A DNA stretch of 64,000 nt. Origin: Archaeoglobaceae archaeon. GTDB lineage: Archaea; Halobacteriota; Archaeoglobi; Archaeoglobales; Archaeoglobaceae. Below, piece by piece: positions 23,312 through 32,490 of this stretch. The position numbers and the translations under genes were made by a program. Positions within the stretch are counted from its first letter, which is position 1, and every line of letters begins with the position of its first letter. The stretch lies in assembly GCA_038893835.1 (NCBI GenBank), contig JAWAQR010000002.1, positions 2,632 through 66,631 of the forward strand, in the 5' to 3' direction. The notes below the pieces were generated by a model. That model ran no database searches and was not told the origin of the DNA. It was given only the letters and a program-made list of their open reading frames with translations.

Positions 23312-25519
23312 TCAGAATCCTTTATACGGATTTGGACCAATTTGTTTAATTTCTTCGACGAATCCATTAACGATTTCCACAATCTTATCCCAGTCGTTAA
23401 TCGAAACTTCAAATACTTTAACCCTTTCTTTTTCCAGCATCAACCTTTGCAATGTCTCTTGAACGTTCTCCATTCTCCTGTTCGCAAGCTCACTACCCCT
23501 TATAAAGTGGCACTGGTAATCCTGACCAAACTTACAGCCGATGAGGAGAATTCCATCAATTCCCTTTGAAAGCGCATCAGCGATGAAAACTGTGTTAACA
23601 GAACCGAGACAGCGTACTGGAATAAACCTCACAAGCGGGTTAATCTTTATCCCATTCAATGCAGCCATGTCTAAAGCTGGTAATGCATCGTTTTCACAGA
23701 CAAAGGCCAGTATTCTGAACTTTTCTGTCGCACTTTCATCCCAGTTAGGATCTGGAACATATATGGCTTTTATGGCTGAAGAAATCTGATCAACACTGTA
23801 CTGCTTGAAGCTGATTATTTTTTCAGGACATGCACCAAAACAGATGCCACAACGTCTGCAGCGCAATGGATTTGGCATTGGCGTTCCCCTTTCATCCTCA
23901 TCCAGAGCTCCAAATGGACATTCTTCAGTACACCTCTTGCACTGAGTGCAACGCTGGAGGAAGAAGTTCGGATAATCTATATCTCCAGTCCTTGGAAAAG
24001 TTGTTTTTCCTTCTGAAACTAGCTCTACAGCCTGTATCGCCTTTAATGCAGCCCCTCTTGCATCTTCCATTGCAGCTGAAATTTCCATTGGCGCTCTTAC
24101 GGCTCCGCATGCATAAATTCCAACTCTTCTACTCTCATAAGGGAAGCATATGTAGTTCGAATCTGGAAAGCCATAGCGAAGTGTTGGTAGTTCAGGACCT
24201 TGGCGATAGGCTAAATTCAATATATGGCCAATTTTCTTTATTTCTTCAACTTCTTCAGCGCTCTTTATCAATTTCGGCTCATAGATGTGCTTGTAAGGTA
24301 CAGTTTTCTCATCGGGAAACTCTTCCTTTACAGTGTATAAGCCCTTAAGCGTCGATTCCATTCCAGTTGCCAGTACAACCAGATCCGCTAATATTTCGAC
24401 ATCTTCCCCAAGAAGGGTGTTTGTAACTTCGACCAAGACTTTGTCTCCTTTTTCCTTAACAGCCTTAACTTCTCCTCTTGTCAGGAAAATTCTTGGATCA
24501 TCTTGCATCGTTTTATAAAATTCCTCCCATAGTCCTGGAGTTCGCATGTCTTTGTAGATTATAAAAGCGTTTCCACCCTTTTCAGTAACGTACTTTGCCT
24601 GCTTCAAGCTTACAAGGCAGCAAACTGTGGAGCAATATGGGAGGTGTTTTTCATCCCTTTGCCCAGCACATTGGATAAATACCACATCCTTCTTTCCAAT
24701 CCCGTTCTTTGCTATGCTTTCAAATTCAACGTTTGTGACAACGTTCTTAAACTTTCCATAGCCAAGATTCTCTATCTTACTCGCATCATATGGTTTCCAT
24801 CCAGTTGCCACTATTATTGCACCTACTTTAAGATCGAAAACTTTTCCATTTTGGTTCAGCTTCACATCAAAAGCTCCAGGTTGTCCGCGAATCGATTCTA
24901 TGATCGTTGATGTAAAAATTTGCACTCCAAGGTTTTTAACTTCTTCTATGAGCTTACCAACAATTGGTTCTTCAAGCTTAGTATATGGTGGAGAAGTTGG
25001 AAGGGACTTGTAAAGCTTGGCAGCAAATCCGCCAAGTTGCGCTTCTTTTTCAACCAATATAGCCTTATATCCTGATTTTGCAATCTCAATTGCAGCAGTA
25101 AGCCCTGCAACTCCGCCACCGACTACTAGTATATCTTTAGAAGTCTCTATCTTGTAAGCTTCAGGTTTCTCGGCTTTTTGGGCCTTTACAATCCCCATTC
25201 TGAGATAATCTTCAGCCAATTCTTGTGTGTGAACGTTTATTTCATGACTCCACACAACTCCCTCTCTTAGGTTCACCCTTTCAACGTATTTGCCATCGAA
25301 GTTGAAAACTGCAGTCTTTACTCTTGGGGAGCATGCAGCAATTACAACGGCGTCAAGATTTGCAAGATCCTTCTTTATAATCTCAACTCCCTCTGCCGAG
25401 CAAAGAAATGGATGAACTTTTGCTTCAATTCCAAACTCCTTTGCAACTTCTTTCAATCTTTCAATATTGATTTTTTCAATTTCACAACCTGTGCATATGA
25501 AAACACCAACTTTTCCCAT
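23312..25519 (-). CDS. qmoB: Qmo subunit B (HdrA-like flavoprotein with ferredoxin and C-terminal MvhD-like domains)
   Basis: 735 aa with FAD fold VVGGGVAGLTAAIE, FeS motifs CTQCKRCTEECP / CRRCGICFGACP, and a C-terminal FVCENDALPALD...LIGCKFGQDYQCHF segment (MvhD/FlpD-like). Confidence 0.9.
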   Translation of the reverse strand: MGKVGVFICTGCEIEKINIERLKEVAKEFGIEAKVHPFLCSAEGVEIIKKDLANLDAVVIAACSPRVKTAVFNFDGKYVERVNLREGVVWSHEINVHTQELAEDYLRMGIVKAQKAEKPEAYKIETSKDILVVGGGVAGLTAAIEIAKSGYKAILVEKEAQLGGFAAKLYKSLPTSPPYTKLEEPIVGKLIEEVKNLGVQIFTSTIIESIRGQPGAFDVKLNQNGKVFDLKVGAIIVATGWKPYDASKIENLGYGKFKNVVTNVEFESIAKNGIGKKDVVFIQCAGQRDEKHLPYCSTVCCLVSLKQAKYVTEKGGNAFIIYKDMRTPGLWEEFYKTMQDDPRIFLTRGEVKAVKEKGDKVLVEVTNTLLGEDVEILADLVVLATGMESTLKGLYTVKEEFPDEKTVPYKHIYEPKLIKSAEEVEEIKKIGHILNLAYRQGPELPTLRYGFPDSNYICFPYESRRVGIYACGAVRAPMEISAAMEDARGAALKAIQAVELVSEGKTTFPRTGDIDYPNFFLQRCTQCKRCTEECPFGALDEDERGTPMPNPLRCRRCGICFGACPEKIISFKQYSVDQISSAIKAIYVPDPNWDESATEKFRILAFVCENDALPALDMAALNGIKINPLVRFIPVRCLGSVNTVFIADALSKGIDGILLIGCKFGQDYQCHFIRGSELANRRMENVQETLQRLMLEKERVKVFEVSINDWDKIVEIVNGFVEEIKQIGPNPYKGF
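24738..24816. repeat. 79-nt tract in qmoB, 100% identical to 26122-26200 in qmoA
   Basis: Base-by-base comparison: ACAACGTTCTTAAACTTTCCATAGCCAAGATTCTCTATCTTACTCGCATCATATGGTTTCCATCCAGTTGCCACTATTA occurs in both genes in direct orientation. Flanks diverge immediately. Confidence 0.95.
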
Positions 25520-25523
25520 AAAC

Positions 25524-26765
25524 TCACCTCCTAGCTAGTTGGATTGCTTTTAAAGCTGCTGAAGTTGCAGTCTCGTTTGAGAACATTACGTCAAGGGGTT
25601 TCATTGCAACTCCAGCAGGAATTATACCTGGTTTCTCCTTTACAAAGCCATATTCATCCAACTCTATTCCAGGTATAGGGTTCTCAGCCAAAGAAGGTTG
25701 CATTCCAGTGGCTAGGACGAGCATGTCAACTTCCTTATGGACTTTTATCCCACTTGCAGTGTCTTCTGCTGTAACTATTAACTTTCCTTCTCTTTCTTCA
25801 ACCTTGGCAACCTTTCCCTTTATCAATTCTATGTTCTTTTCTCTCGCAACTTTTGCAAAGAAGTCCTCATATCTTCCAAAGGCTCTGATGTCGATGTAGA
25901 AAATGTATATCTTTGCCTCCGGATATTGTTCTCTAACATAAGTTGCCTGCTTCAAACTTGCAAGACAACAAACTGCTGAGCAGTAGGGGAGATGGTTCTC
26001 ATCCCTGCTCCCAGCACACTGGGCAAAGGCTATCGAATTTATTGGCTTTCCATCTCTTGTCAAAATTTTCCCCTTCGTTGGCCCGTTAGGTGAAGCGATT
26101 CTCTCAAATTCCATGTTCGTTACAACGTTCTTAAACTTTCCATAGCCAAGATTCTCTATCTTACTCGCATCATATGGTTTCCATCCAGTTGCCACTATTA
26201 CCGCGGAAACGTTTAAATTCAAAATTTTTTCAACCTCATTAAGGTTTATCGCCTTGTACTTGCAGACTTTCACACATTCTCCACACCTATTGCAGCTTTT
26301 TTCATCAATGGCGTAAATGAAAGGCATTGCCATGCCATGAGGGATGTAAATGGCCTTTCTTTTTGTCAATCCAAAATCGAATTCGTTTGGAACATCTATT
26401 GGGCAAACCTTTGCGCACTCTCCACAAGCTGTGCAGTTCTCATTCACGAACCTCGGTTTAATTTTGAGATTCACAGTAAAGTTTCCAGCACTACCATTTA
26501 TGCTGAGAACCTCAGCGTTCGTGAAAATTTTGAGTTTTGGATTTGTTCTCATTCTTTTATATAATATTTCAAGTCCACAGAACGGCGGGCAGAGCTTGGG
26601 AAAGTACTTGTTTAACTGCGAAACCCTACCTCCAAGAAAGGGTGTTCTTTCAACAAGAATGACGTTGTAGCCAGTCTCAGAAGCTTCTATTGCAGAAGTT
26701 AATCCAGCAATTCCTCCGCCAATTACGAGGATATCTCCGCTCATATCAACACCTTTGCAATCCAA
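25524..26765 (-). CDS. qmoA: Qmo subunit A (HdrA-like flavoprotein)
   Basis: 413 aa with VIGGGIAGLTSAIE and FeS motifs CTACGECAKVCP / CNRCGECVKVCK. The start may be the internal Met (MSGDILVIGGG, 26744). Confidence 0.9.
   Translation of the reverse strand: MDCKGVDMSGDILVIGGGIAGLTSAIEASETGYNVILVERTPFLGGRVSQLNKYFPKLCPPFCGLEILYKRMRTNPKLKIFTNAEVLSINGSAGNFTVNLKIKPRFVNENCTACGECAKVCPIDVPNEFDFGLTKRKAIYIPHGMAMPFIYAIDEKSCNRCGECVKVCKYKAINLNEVEKILNLNVSAVIVATGWKPYDASKIENLGYGKFKNVVTNMEFERIASPNGPTKGKILTRDGKPINSIAFAQCAGSRDENHLPYCSAVCCLASLKQATYVREQYPEAKIYIFYIDIRAFGRYEDFFAKVAREKNIELIKGKVAKVEEREGKLIVTAEDTASGIKVHKEVDMLVLATGMQPSLAENPIPGIELDEYGFVKEKPGIIPAGVAMKPLDVMFSNETATSAALKAIQLARR
26122..26200. repeat. 79-nt tract in qmoA identical to 24738-24816 in qmoB
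   Basis: See the partner repeat. Confidence 0.95.
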
Positions 26766-26889
26766 GTTTTGATGCTTAATAAAGATATCGAAATGCTTTG
26801 CTGCTATACAGTCCTTGAAATCTCTAATTATAAAAACTTTTGAAAATTGCGCAGTACTGCGAAATTTGAACGTAATTTTTAAATTCTAA

Positions 26890-27144
26890 ATGATGATTAT
26901 AGCTATGGATCTGGTAATTGCAATCACCATCTTGTATCTAATCCTTGTTTTCCTAATCTCCCGAATACCTCAAAATTCCGATCTTGGAATTTCATTGGCA
27001 ATTTCAGCAGCTAAGACAGGAGTAAGATTTCCATGCAGGTTTGTAAAGAACTTTTATGGTTATCATTTGAGCGAGTTTGAAAGGAAATGCATAAAAGAAA
27101 TAACGAAGTGCGAAGGCGATTGTGAAGAGTGCTTAGAAATGTAA
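26890..27144 (+). CDS. small membrane protein with a Cys-rich C-terminus
   Basis: 84-aa ORF with an N-terminal TM helix and a C-terminal CIKEITKCEGDCEEC cluster. First of four co-oriented genes. Confidence 0.4.
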   Translation: MMIIAMDLVIAITILYLILVFLISRIPQNSDLGISLAISAAKTGVRFPCRFVKNFYGYHLSEFERKCIKEITKCEGDCEECLEM

Positions 27145-27190
27145 AGGGACTTCAGTAAAAGATAAAAAGCTATGTGCCTACATTTGTAGG

Positions 27191-27592
27191 GTGGTCGGTA
27201 TTTTCTGGGAGTTGGTGCTCTCCACTTCAGGAGTGCTCTTGGGTTTTTTCATTGGAGAAAATTTGTTGAAAAGGTTGGGTATTGAAGATAGGAAAAGAAA
27301 ACCTGAGATAAAATTGAAAGATCTTCAGGATTATCTTAGAAATCGATTTTTGGTCAACAGCGCTTTAATCTATGAGGGAAGGAAAAAGTTGATTGGCGTT
27401 GATGAAGTTGAAGTCAAAAGGATGGAGGAAATGCTTGAGAATTTGAAGAGTGATGAGATAATCATTTTCAATGGAAAAGACTGCAGATTTGCTTTAAGAA
27501 AGGGAAATGTATTTATCTATGTCAGGGGAAAAATAGCCTCTCTTAGAGACTTCGTTGAGATATGGGAGGTAGTGCATGGAAGTATGAGGTGA
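27191..27592 (+). CDS. hypothetical N-terminally anchored protein
   Basis: 133-aa ORF (GTG start) with one TM helix followed by a roughly 100-aa soluble alpha/beta-looking domain. Confidence 0.45.
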   Translation: MVGIFWELVLSTSGVLLGFFIGENLLKRLGIEDRKRKPEIKLKDLQDYLRNRFLVNSALIYEGRKKLIGVDEVEVKRMEEMLENLKSDEIIIFNGKDCRFALRKGNVFIYVRGKIASLRDFVEIWEVVHGSMR

Positions 27593-27598
27593 ATTGAA

Positions 27599-28285
27599 AT
27601 GATAATTTTCCTGCTTGCAATTTTAAGCATGAATTCTGCTTTTCAGGGTGAAATTGTGAATATAACACTTTCAGAACCCGCCATCGTTTATCTTGATAGC
27701 TGCATGTTTTTCGAGCACAATTTAGGAAGTTCTGACAATCTTTCTGTCGGAACCTATGGCATAGTGATCGGTTATAACTGCGAGGGTTTGAAAGCGATAG
27801 TTGTAAAAACTGATTACGAGGAAAGATTGACAATAGAGGTGAAAAGACTTGCAAATTTTAGCGAAGAAGTTTACAAAATGCAGAAAGAATTTTTTGCCTT
27901 GAAAAAGGAGAACGAGAACTTAAAATCGAGGGTGAGCTATTTACAATCTCTGGTTGAAATAATAAATAGTATAAACGTGGACTTATACGATAAAATAAAG
28001 GAGTACAGCGAAAAAAATATGAGGCTGAGTCAAGAGCTTGAAGTTGCGAAAATGGAGATCCAAAATTATTCCAAAACTGTGATTCAGATGAATCTTGAAA
28101 TTAACAACCTTCAGCTAAGGATTTCAGAGCTGGAAAAAAAGAATTCCGAACTGGAAAATGAGGTTCAGAGTGCAAAAAGTTACCTTCAGAACTCAATATT
28201 CTATGCCGAGTTGTTTAAGAATGCAACAATACTTTTAATAGCAATCGTCGTTGGAATATTCTTATCCTTTCTGAGGAGATACTGA
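27599..28285 (+). CDS. secreted or anchored coiled-coil protein (signal/TM - beta-rich domain - long coiled coil - C-terminal TM anchor)
   Basis: 228 aa. Hydrophobic N-terminus, heptad-rich central region (KKENENLKSRVSYLQSLVEI...LQLRISELEKKNSELENEVQ), and a C-terminal TM ILLIAIVVGIFLSFLRRY. Its TGA abuts the ATG of the next gene (TGAATG). Confidence 0.6.
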   Translation: MIIFLLAILSMNSAFQGEIVNITLSEPAIVYLDSCMFFEHNLGSSDNLSVGTYGIVIGYNCEGLKAIVVKTDYEERLTIEVKRLANFSEEVYKMQKEFFALKKENENLKSRVSYLQSLVEIINSINVDLYDKIKEYSEKNMRLSQELEVAKMEIQNYSKTVIQMNLEINNLQLRISELEKKNSELENEVQSAKSYLQNSIFYAELFKNATILLIAIVVGIFLSFLRRY

Positions 28286-28987
28286 ATGAAAGTTCTCATC
28301 ATCGGCCCTGCTGGAAGTGGGAAAAGCACTCTGGTAAGGGAATTTGGTAATTTTCTAAAAATTAAAGGCTACGATGTGAAACTTGTAAACCTAGATCCTG
28401 CAAGCGAGCCGGTTTATGAGGCTTATCTGGACATAAGGAAATTCGTTAAAACTGAAGAGATAATGAAAAGATATTCTCTAGGCATAAATGGAGCCTTGCT
28501 GAAATCCATGGATGAAATGTTGAAGTTTGTTGAGCATTTCAACGTATCTGCAGACTTCACTCTCTACGATACCCCAGGACAAATGGAGCTCTTCATATAT
28601 TCTCCAAGTGGTGTGGAATTTGTTAAAAGAATTGCAGATAATTTCACAGCCGGAGTTTTCATATTGGACTCAACAATGGTTCTTACACCTGAAAATCTTA
28701 TTTCAGGCATATTGCAAAACGTTGTTGTATCTCTGAGACTTTCAATCCCCATGCTCACAGCGATATCGAAGTGTGATCTCGTCGATGTGAACGTATTGGA
28801 AATTCTGGGAAAGATCAAACAATCAGATGGACTCCTTTCGGAGTTGATGGAGAAAATGGTTTTTGCATTCGATTACAGCACGCTGAAGTATAGGACAATA
28901 AAAGTTTCCAGTGTTAAAAAAACTGGATTCGAAGATCTGCTTTCAGCACTTAGAGAAACTTTCTGTGTCTGTGGTGATTTGAGTTAG
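28286..28987 (+). CDS. GPN-loop GTPase family protein (PAB0955-like); loop reads G-I-N
   Basis: 233 aa with GPAGSGKST (G1), DTPGQMELF (G3), SKCD (G4) and a C-terminal CVCGDLS, as in archaeal GPN GTPases. The position of the eponymous GPNG reads LGINGALL. Confidence 0.85.
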   Translation: MKVLIIGPAGSGKSTLVREFGNFLKIKGYDVKLVNLDPASEPVYEAYLDIRKFVKTEEIMKRYSLGINGALLKSMDEMLKFVEHFNVSADFTLYDTPGQMELFIYSPSGVEFVKRIADNFTAGVFILDSTMVLTPENLISGILQNVVVSLRLSIPMLTAISKCDLVDVNVLEILGKIKQSDGLLSELMEKMVFAFDYSTLKYRTIKVSSVKKTGFEDLLSALRETFCVCGDLS

Positions 28988-29454
28988 TCTTCCGGGATCT
29001 TTATCTTTCCCTCATCGATCTCTCTTATCACTTCCTTTGGATGCTTTCCTTCTACTTTGATTCCCATTGAAACGCATGTGCCTAGCACTTCTTTTACCAC
29101 GCCTTTTAGCGAATAGGCAAGTGACTTCTCTTTCTTCAGCCTTGCAATTTTTATCACCTGATCAAGTTTTATATCTCCAACGAATTCCCTGTTTGGATTT
29201 GAAGAACCTTTTTCTAACTTCAATTCTCTCTTTATCAACGCGGAAACTGGTGGAACGCCAACTTTTATCTCGAAACTCCTGTCCTCTTTTACTATTATTT
29301 TTACTGGAACTCTTAGACCCATATACTCCTTTGTCGCCTCATTTATCTTATCCACAACCTGCTTAACGTTCAGACCTAGGGGGCCTATTACTGGTCCTAA
29401 AGGAGGACCAGGTGTTGCTTGGCCACCTGTAACCAGAACCTCCACTTCCTTCAT
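28984..29454 (-). CDS. rpl11: 50S ribosomal protein L11 (uL11)
   Basis: 156 aa with [25 protein letters not shown]. Confidence 0.95.
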   Translation of the reverse strand: MKEVEVLVTGGQATPGPPLGPVIGPLGLNVKQVVDKINEATKEYMGLRVPVKIIVKEDRSFEIKVGVPPVSALIKRELKLEKGSSNPNREFVGDIKLDQVIKIARLKKEKSLAYSLKGVVKEVLGTCVSMGIKVEGKHPKEVIREIDEGKIKIPED

Positions 29455-29456
29455 CT

Positions 29457-29903
29457 CTACACCTCCTTCTTTTCTATAACTCTAACGTTTTCAGCTCTTA
29501 CGGTAACCGGAATTGGAACTACTGCCTCGAGAAGCTCTATAGTTACTTCATTTTTGGTCGTATCAACCCTTTTAACGACCCCTCTTTCCCCTTTAAATGG
29601 GCCTCCAACAACCTCTACCAAAAAGCCTTCTTTTATTTGCTCAACAGCCTTTTTAGGTGTTAGATAATGCTTTATATCTTCAAATTTGACCTCCTTTTTT
29701 ACAACTCCTTTAACGTGTGGAAGCCCCCTTATAGCTCTAACCACATCTTCGACGTTCTCCGCTTCCAATATTACATAACCCTTTAGTTCTTTTGGAGCCA
29801 ATATCGAGTAAACTTTCAATCCATACTTTTTAACAGTAAGCTCAACCAGGTTTGCAACAACTCTTTCCTGATTTGCAGTTGTTTTAACAGCTATGTACTT
29901 CAT
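29457..29903 (-). CDS. spt5: transcription elongation factor Spt5 (archaeal NusG)
   Basis: Starts at the internal Met [20 protein letters not shown] (NGN domain), with a C-terminal KOW ([14 protein letters not shown]). The longer tracked ORF (to 30092) overlaps secE and is not credible. Confidence 0.9.
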   Translation of the reverse strand: MKYIAVKTTANQERVVANLVELTVKKYGLKVYSILAPKELKGYVILEAENVEDVVRAIRGLPHVKGVVKKEVKFEDIKHYLTPKKAVEQIKEGFLVEVVGGPFKGERGVVKRVDTTKNEVTIELLEAVVPIPVTVRAENVRVIEKKEV

Positions 29904-30085
29904 TTGAGAGCACCCGGAAGTACTTCCATGAGTAAGTAAATCGTGAAGCCAACAAAACCTATTATGGTTATAACGATTAGCGCGACTTTGGCTGTCAGCA
30001 AAAACTCCTCCCGAGTAGGTTTTCGGGCCATTTTCAGCAAGTTGTAATATTCTTTGAACTTCTCCCTGACCTTCGTGATTTGCAT
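29900..30085 (-). CDS. secE: protein translocase subunit SecE / Sec61-gamma
   Basis: About 61 aa from ATG 30085: MQITKVREKFKEYYNLLKMARKPTREEFLLTAKVALIVITIIGFVGFTIYLLM, a single C-terminal TM. ATGA overlap with spt5. Conserved ftsZ-secE-spt5-rpl11 order. Confidence 0.8.
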   Translation of the reverse strand: MQITKVREKFKEYYNLLKMARKPTREEFLLTAKVALIVITIIGFVGFTIYLLMEVLPGALK

Positions 30086-30114
30086 GCAACAAATCTTCAA
30101 CCAGTTATTAAACT

Positions 30115-31212
30115 TTACTTTACGAAGTCAATTCCAAATTTCTGGGTTATCGGATATTTTCTACCAAAGATCTGAGGACTCTTAACACCAGTTATTATCA
30201 CAAGAGTTCTTATAGTATTCTCAAGTTCTGGATCTATCATTGCACCCCAGATTATTCTGGCATCGGAATCCAGTTTCGTGTAAATTTCCTCAACGACACT
30301 CTCTGCCTCCTCAACAGTCATATCTGGTCCACCAGTCACATTTACAAGTGCTGCTTTCGCTCCTGATATATCCACATCAAGCAATGGGCTCTTTAGGGCT
30401 TTTCTAACCGATTCAAGTGCCTTATCCTCACCACTAGCCTCCCCCAATCCAATCATCGCAACCCCTCCCTTTTCCATTATCGTTTTTACATCCGCGAAAT
30501 CCAGATTGATCAGTCCAGGCTTTGTTATTAACTCTGTTATACCTTTCACAGCCCTCATGAGTATCTCGTCAGCAACCTTAAATGCCAAATTCAAGGGATA
30601 ATTCGGTACAACTTCTAGAAGTCTATCGTTGGGGATAACAATCACAGTATCCGTAACTTCCTTCAATCTCTCCAGCCCAGCTTCAGCATTTGACCTTCTA
30701 ACAGCTCCTTCAGCTGTAAACGGGAAAGTAACGACTGCAATTGTTAAAGCTCCAGCCTCATGTGCAGCCTCAGCTACGACTGGGGCAGCACCAGTTCCAG
30801 TCCCGCCGCCAAGGCCACAGGTTACAAATACCATGTCACTACCTTCCACTATTTTCTTTATTTCCTCCTCACTCTCTCTAGCAGCCTCTTCCCCTATCTG
30901 GGGCAGACTTCCAGCTCCAAGACCTCTTGTCCTTCTCCTTCCAAGCAACACTCTCTTATGAGCCTTTGTGTAATAGAGATGTTGAACATCTGTATTCATC
31001 GCAATTAGCTCCGCTCCTTGAACTCCCTCCTCGTAAAGCCTTGTAATCGTATTGCAACCAGCTCCACCAACACCTATGACCTTAATAATCGTTTTGAGTT
31101 CATGAAGCACTTGAGTTATCTCGTCTTCAACGTTTTCAGCGGGTTTACTTTCAAGTCTTTCCCTTTTTTCCCTTTCTGCTCTCAAAAGAGCTTCCTCAAT
31201 AATGGATTTCAA
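30115..31212 (-). CDS. ftsZ: cell division protein FtsZ
   Basis: 365 aa with the tubulin signature [15 protein letters not shown] and NTDVQHL. Confidence 0.95.
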   Translation of the reverse strand: MKSIIEEALLRAEREKRERLESKPAENVEDEITQVLHELKTIIKVIGVGGAGCNTITRLYEEGVQGAELIAMNTDVQHLYYTKAHKRVLLGRRRTRGLGAGSLPQIGEEAARESEEEIKKIVEGSDMVFVTCGLGGGTGTGAAPVVAEAAHEAGALTIAVVTFPFTAEGAVRRSNAEAGLERLKEVTDTVIVIPNDRLLEVVPNYPLNLAFKVADEILMRAVKGITELITKPGLINLDFADVKTIMEKGGVAMIGLGEASGEDKALESVRKALKSPLLDVDISGAKAALVNVTGGPDMTVEEAESVVEEIYTKLDSDARIIWGAMIDPELENTIRTLVIITGVKSPQIFGRKYPITQKFGIDFVK

Positions 31213-31272
31213 ATCACATCCCCTCCCATTCGTTTTAGTTATGAATGCGAAATAGTATATAAATTCTTTCTC

Positions 31273-32211
31273 TCAACCTCCAAAACTTTCCCAACTTCTC
31301 TGAATTTCCCTGAATTTCTCCCTAGACATGCTATAAAATCTCTCTGCATCTTCAAATCTCTTCATTTCTCTGTACAAATCTCCAAGATGTCTCAAATTCG
31401 TCGCAACGAACTGAGAAAATGCATAGTCTAGTTTTTCAAGTTCTTTGAATATCTCGAGAGACTCTAAAAGCATTTTTTCTGCCATCTCGTATCTACCCAT
31501 TCTCTTACAGAAAATTCCATAATTGCTGAGAAGGATTCCAAGCTCAAATTTACTGGATTTCTCTACTTTTACGATCTCTCTGAGCATTTTTTCTGCAGTC
31601 TGATAAAACTCTTCAGCTTTTTTGAATTCTCCAATTTTTGCATATATTTCTGCAGCTATCGAAAAACTCATCACGGCATCTGAATCCTTTCTATCACCTG
31701 CTAGCTTTATAGCAGAATCTATTTTTTCCCTAGCCTCCGAATATCTTCCTAACTCGTAGTATAAGCTAGATAAGTCATTGTAAACTCTAAGCAACTCTTC
31801 TTTATAATCCAGTTCTAGGCAGATTTTTTCAGCTTCTGTTAACATTCTTTCCGCTCTATCATTCATTTTCATCATGTTCAAAGCTTTTCCGGCTATTCGC
31901 ATCATTTTTGGAGCAATCTTCATCATCTTGAGTTCTCTTGCAATTTTTATCGCGTTAACAGATGCTACGATGCAGGAAACCAAAGATTGGCTATCGCTTT
32001 CTCTGGACAACAGCGTTGAGGAGTAGGTGAAGTGAATGAGGAGTGCAAGATTTTTCCATAAACCCTCCAGATTTTTTAAAATTTCGACGTTCGAAATCGA
32101 TTTCTCTATTATTGGCTTTACTTCTTCCGGAGCTTCGGAGAGTAGAAGCTGAAAAGCTTCAAAAAACTTTTCTTCCAGTATCAGTTCTTCGATTTTTTCA
32201 ATCGTGTTCAT
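31273..32211 (-). CDS. TPR-repeat protein
   Basis: 312 aa with repeated 34-residue-like units (LSSLYYELGRYSEAREKIDSAIKL; AAEIYAKIGEFKKAEEFYQTAEKM; LGDLYREMKRFEDAERFYSMS). Confidence 0.65.
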   Translation of the reverse strand: MNTIEKIEELILEEKFFEAFQLLLSEAPEEVKPIIEKSISNVEILKNLEGLWKNLALLIHFTYSSTLLSRESDSQSLVSCIVASVNAIKIARELKMMKIAPKMMRIAGKALNMMKMNDRAERMLTEAEKICLELDYKEELLRVYNDLSSLYYELGRYSEAREKIDSAIKLAGDRKDSDAVMSFSIAAEIYAKIGEFKKAEEFYQTAEKMLREIVKVEKSSKFELGILLSNYGIFCKRMGRYEMAEKMLLESLEIFKELEKLDYAFSQFVATNLRHLGDLYREMKRFEDAERFYSMSREKFREIQRSWESFGG

Positions 32212-32490
32212 AAAAAAATTCTAATTCGCATGTTAAAAAACTTTCTCAGCTGAAGGAAATGCTTAAATTTCTCCAACACTAAAAAAGTTATACCCTTGTT
32301 TAACATTGTAATAAAATAAATAAGTAATATTTATTATCGTTATTCCTCAGAGCAATTCGATATTTTCTCGACTTGCCAGTTTGGATATGCAAAACCTAGA
32401 GGGACAACTTTTATCGTTAGACTAAAATCTAAACAACACAATTAATAATTAACAAAAAATTTAAGTTTACTAGAGCAAAACATATATTAT

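Noticed and set aside
26889-26897. C-box-like AATGATGA motifs (also at 56516-56523) that could mark C/D box sRNAs
   Set aside because: Both coincide with start regions of protein genes. Neither is followed at the right spacing by D', C' and D (CTGA) boxes, and no terminal stem is present. I found no convincing C/D sRNA elsewhere in the intergenic regions.
29904-30092. N-terminal 63-codon extension of the Spt5 ORF in the track
   Set aside because: It overlaps the secE coding region in another frame and its translation is not protein-like. The conserved NGN domain begins at the internal Met, whose ATG overlaps the secE stop.
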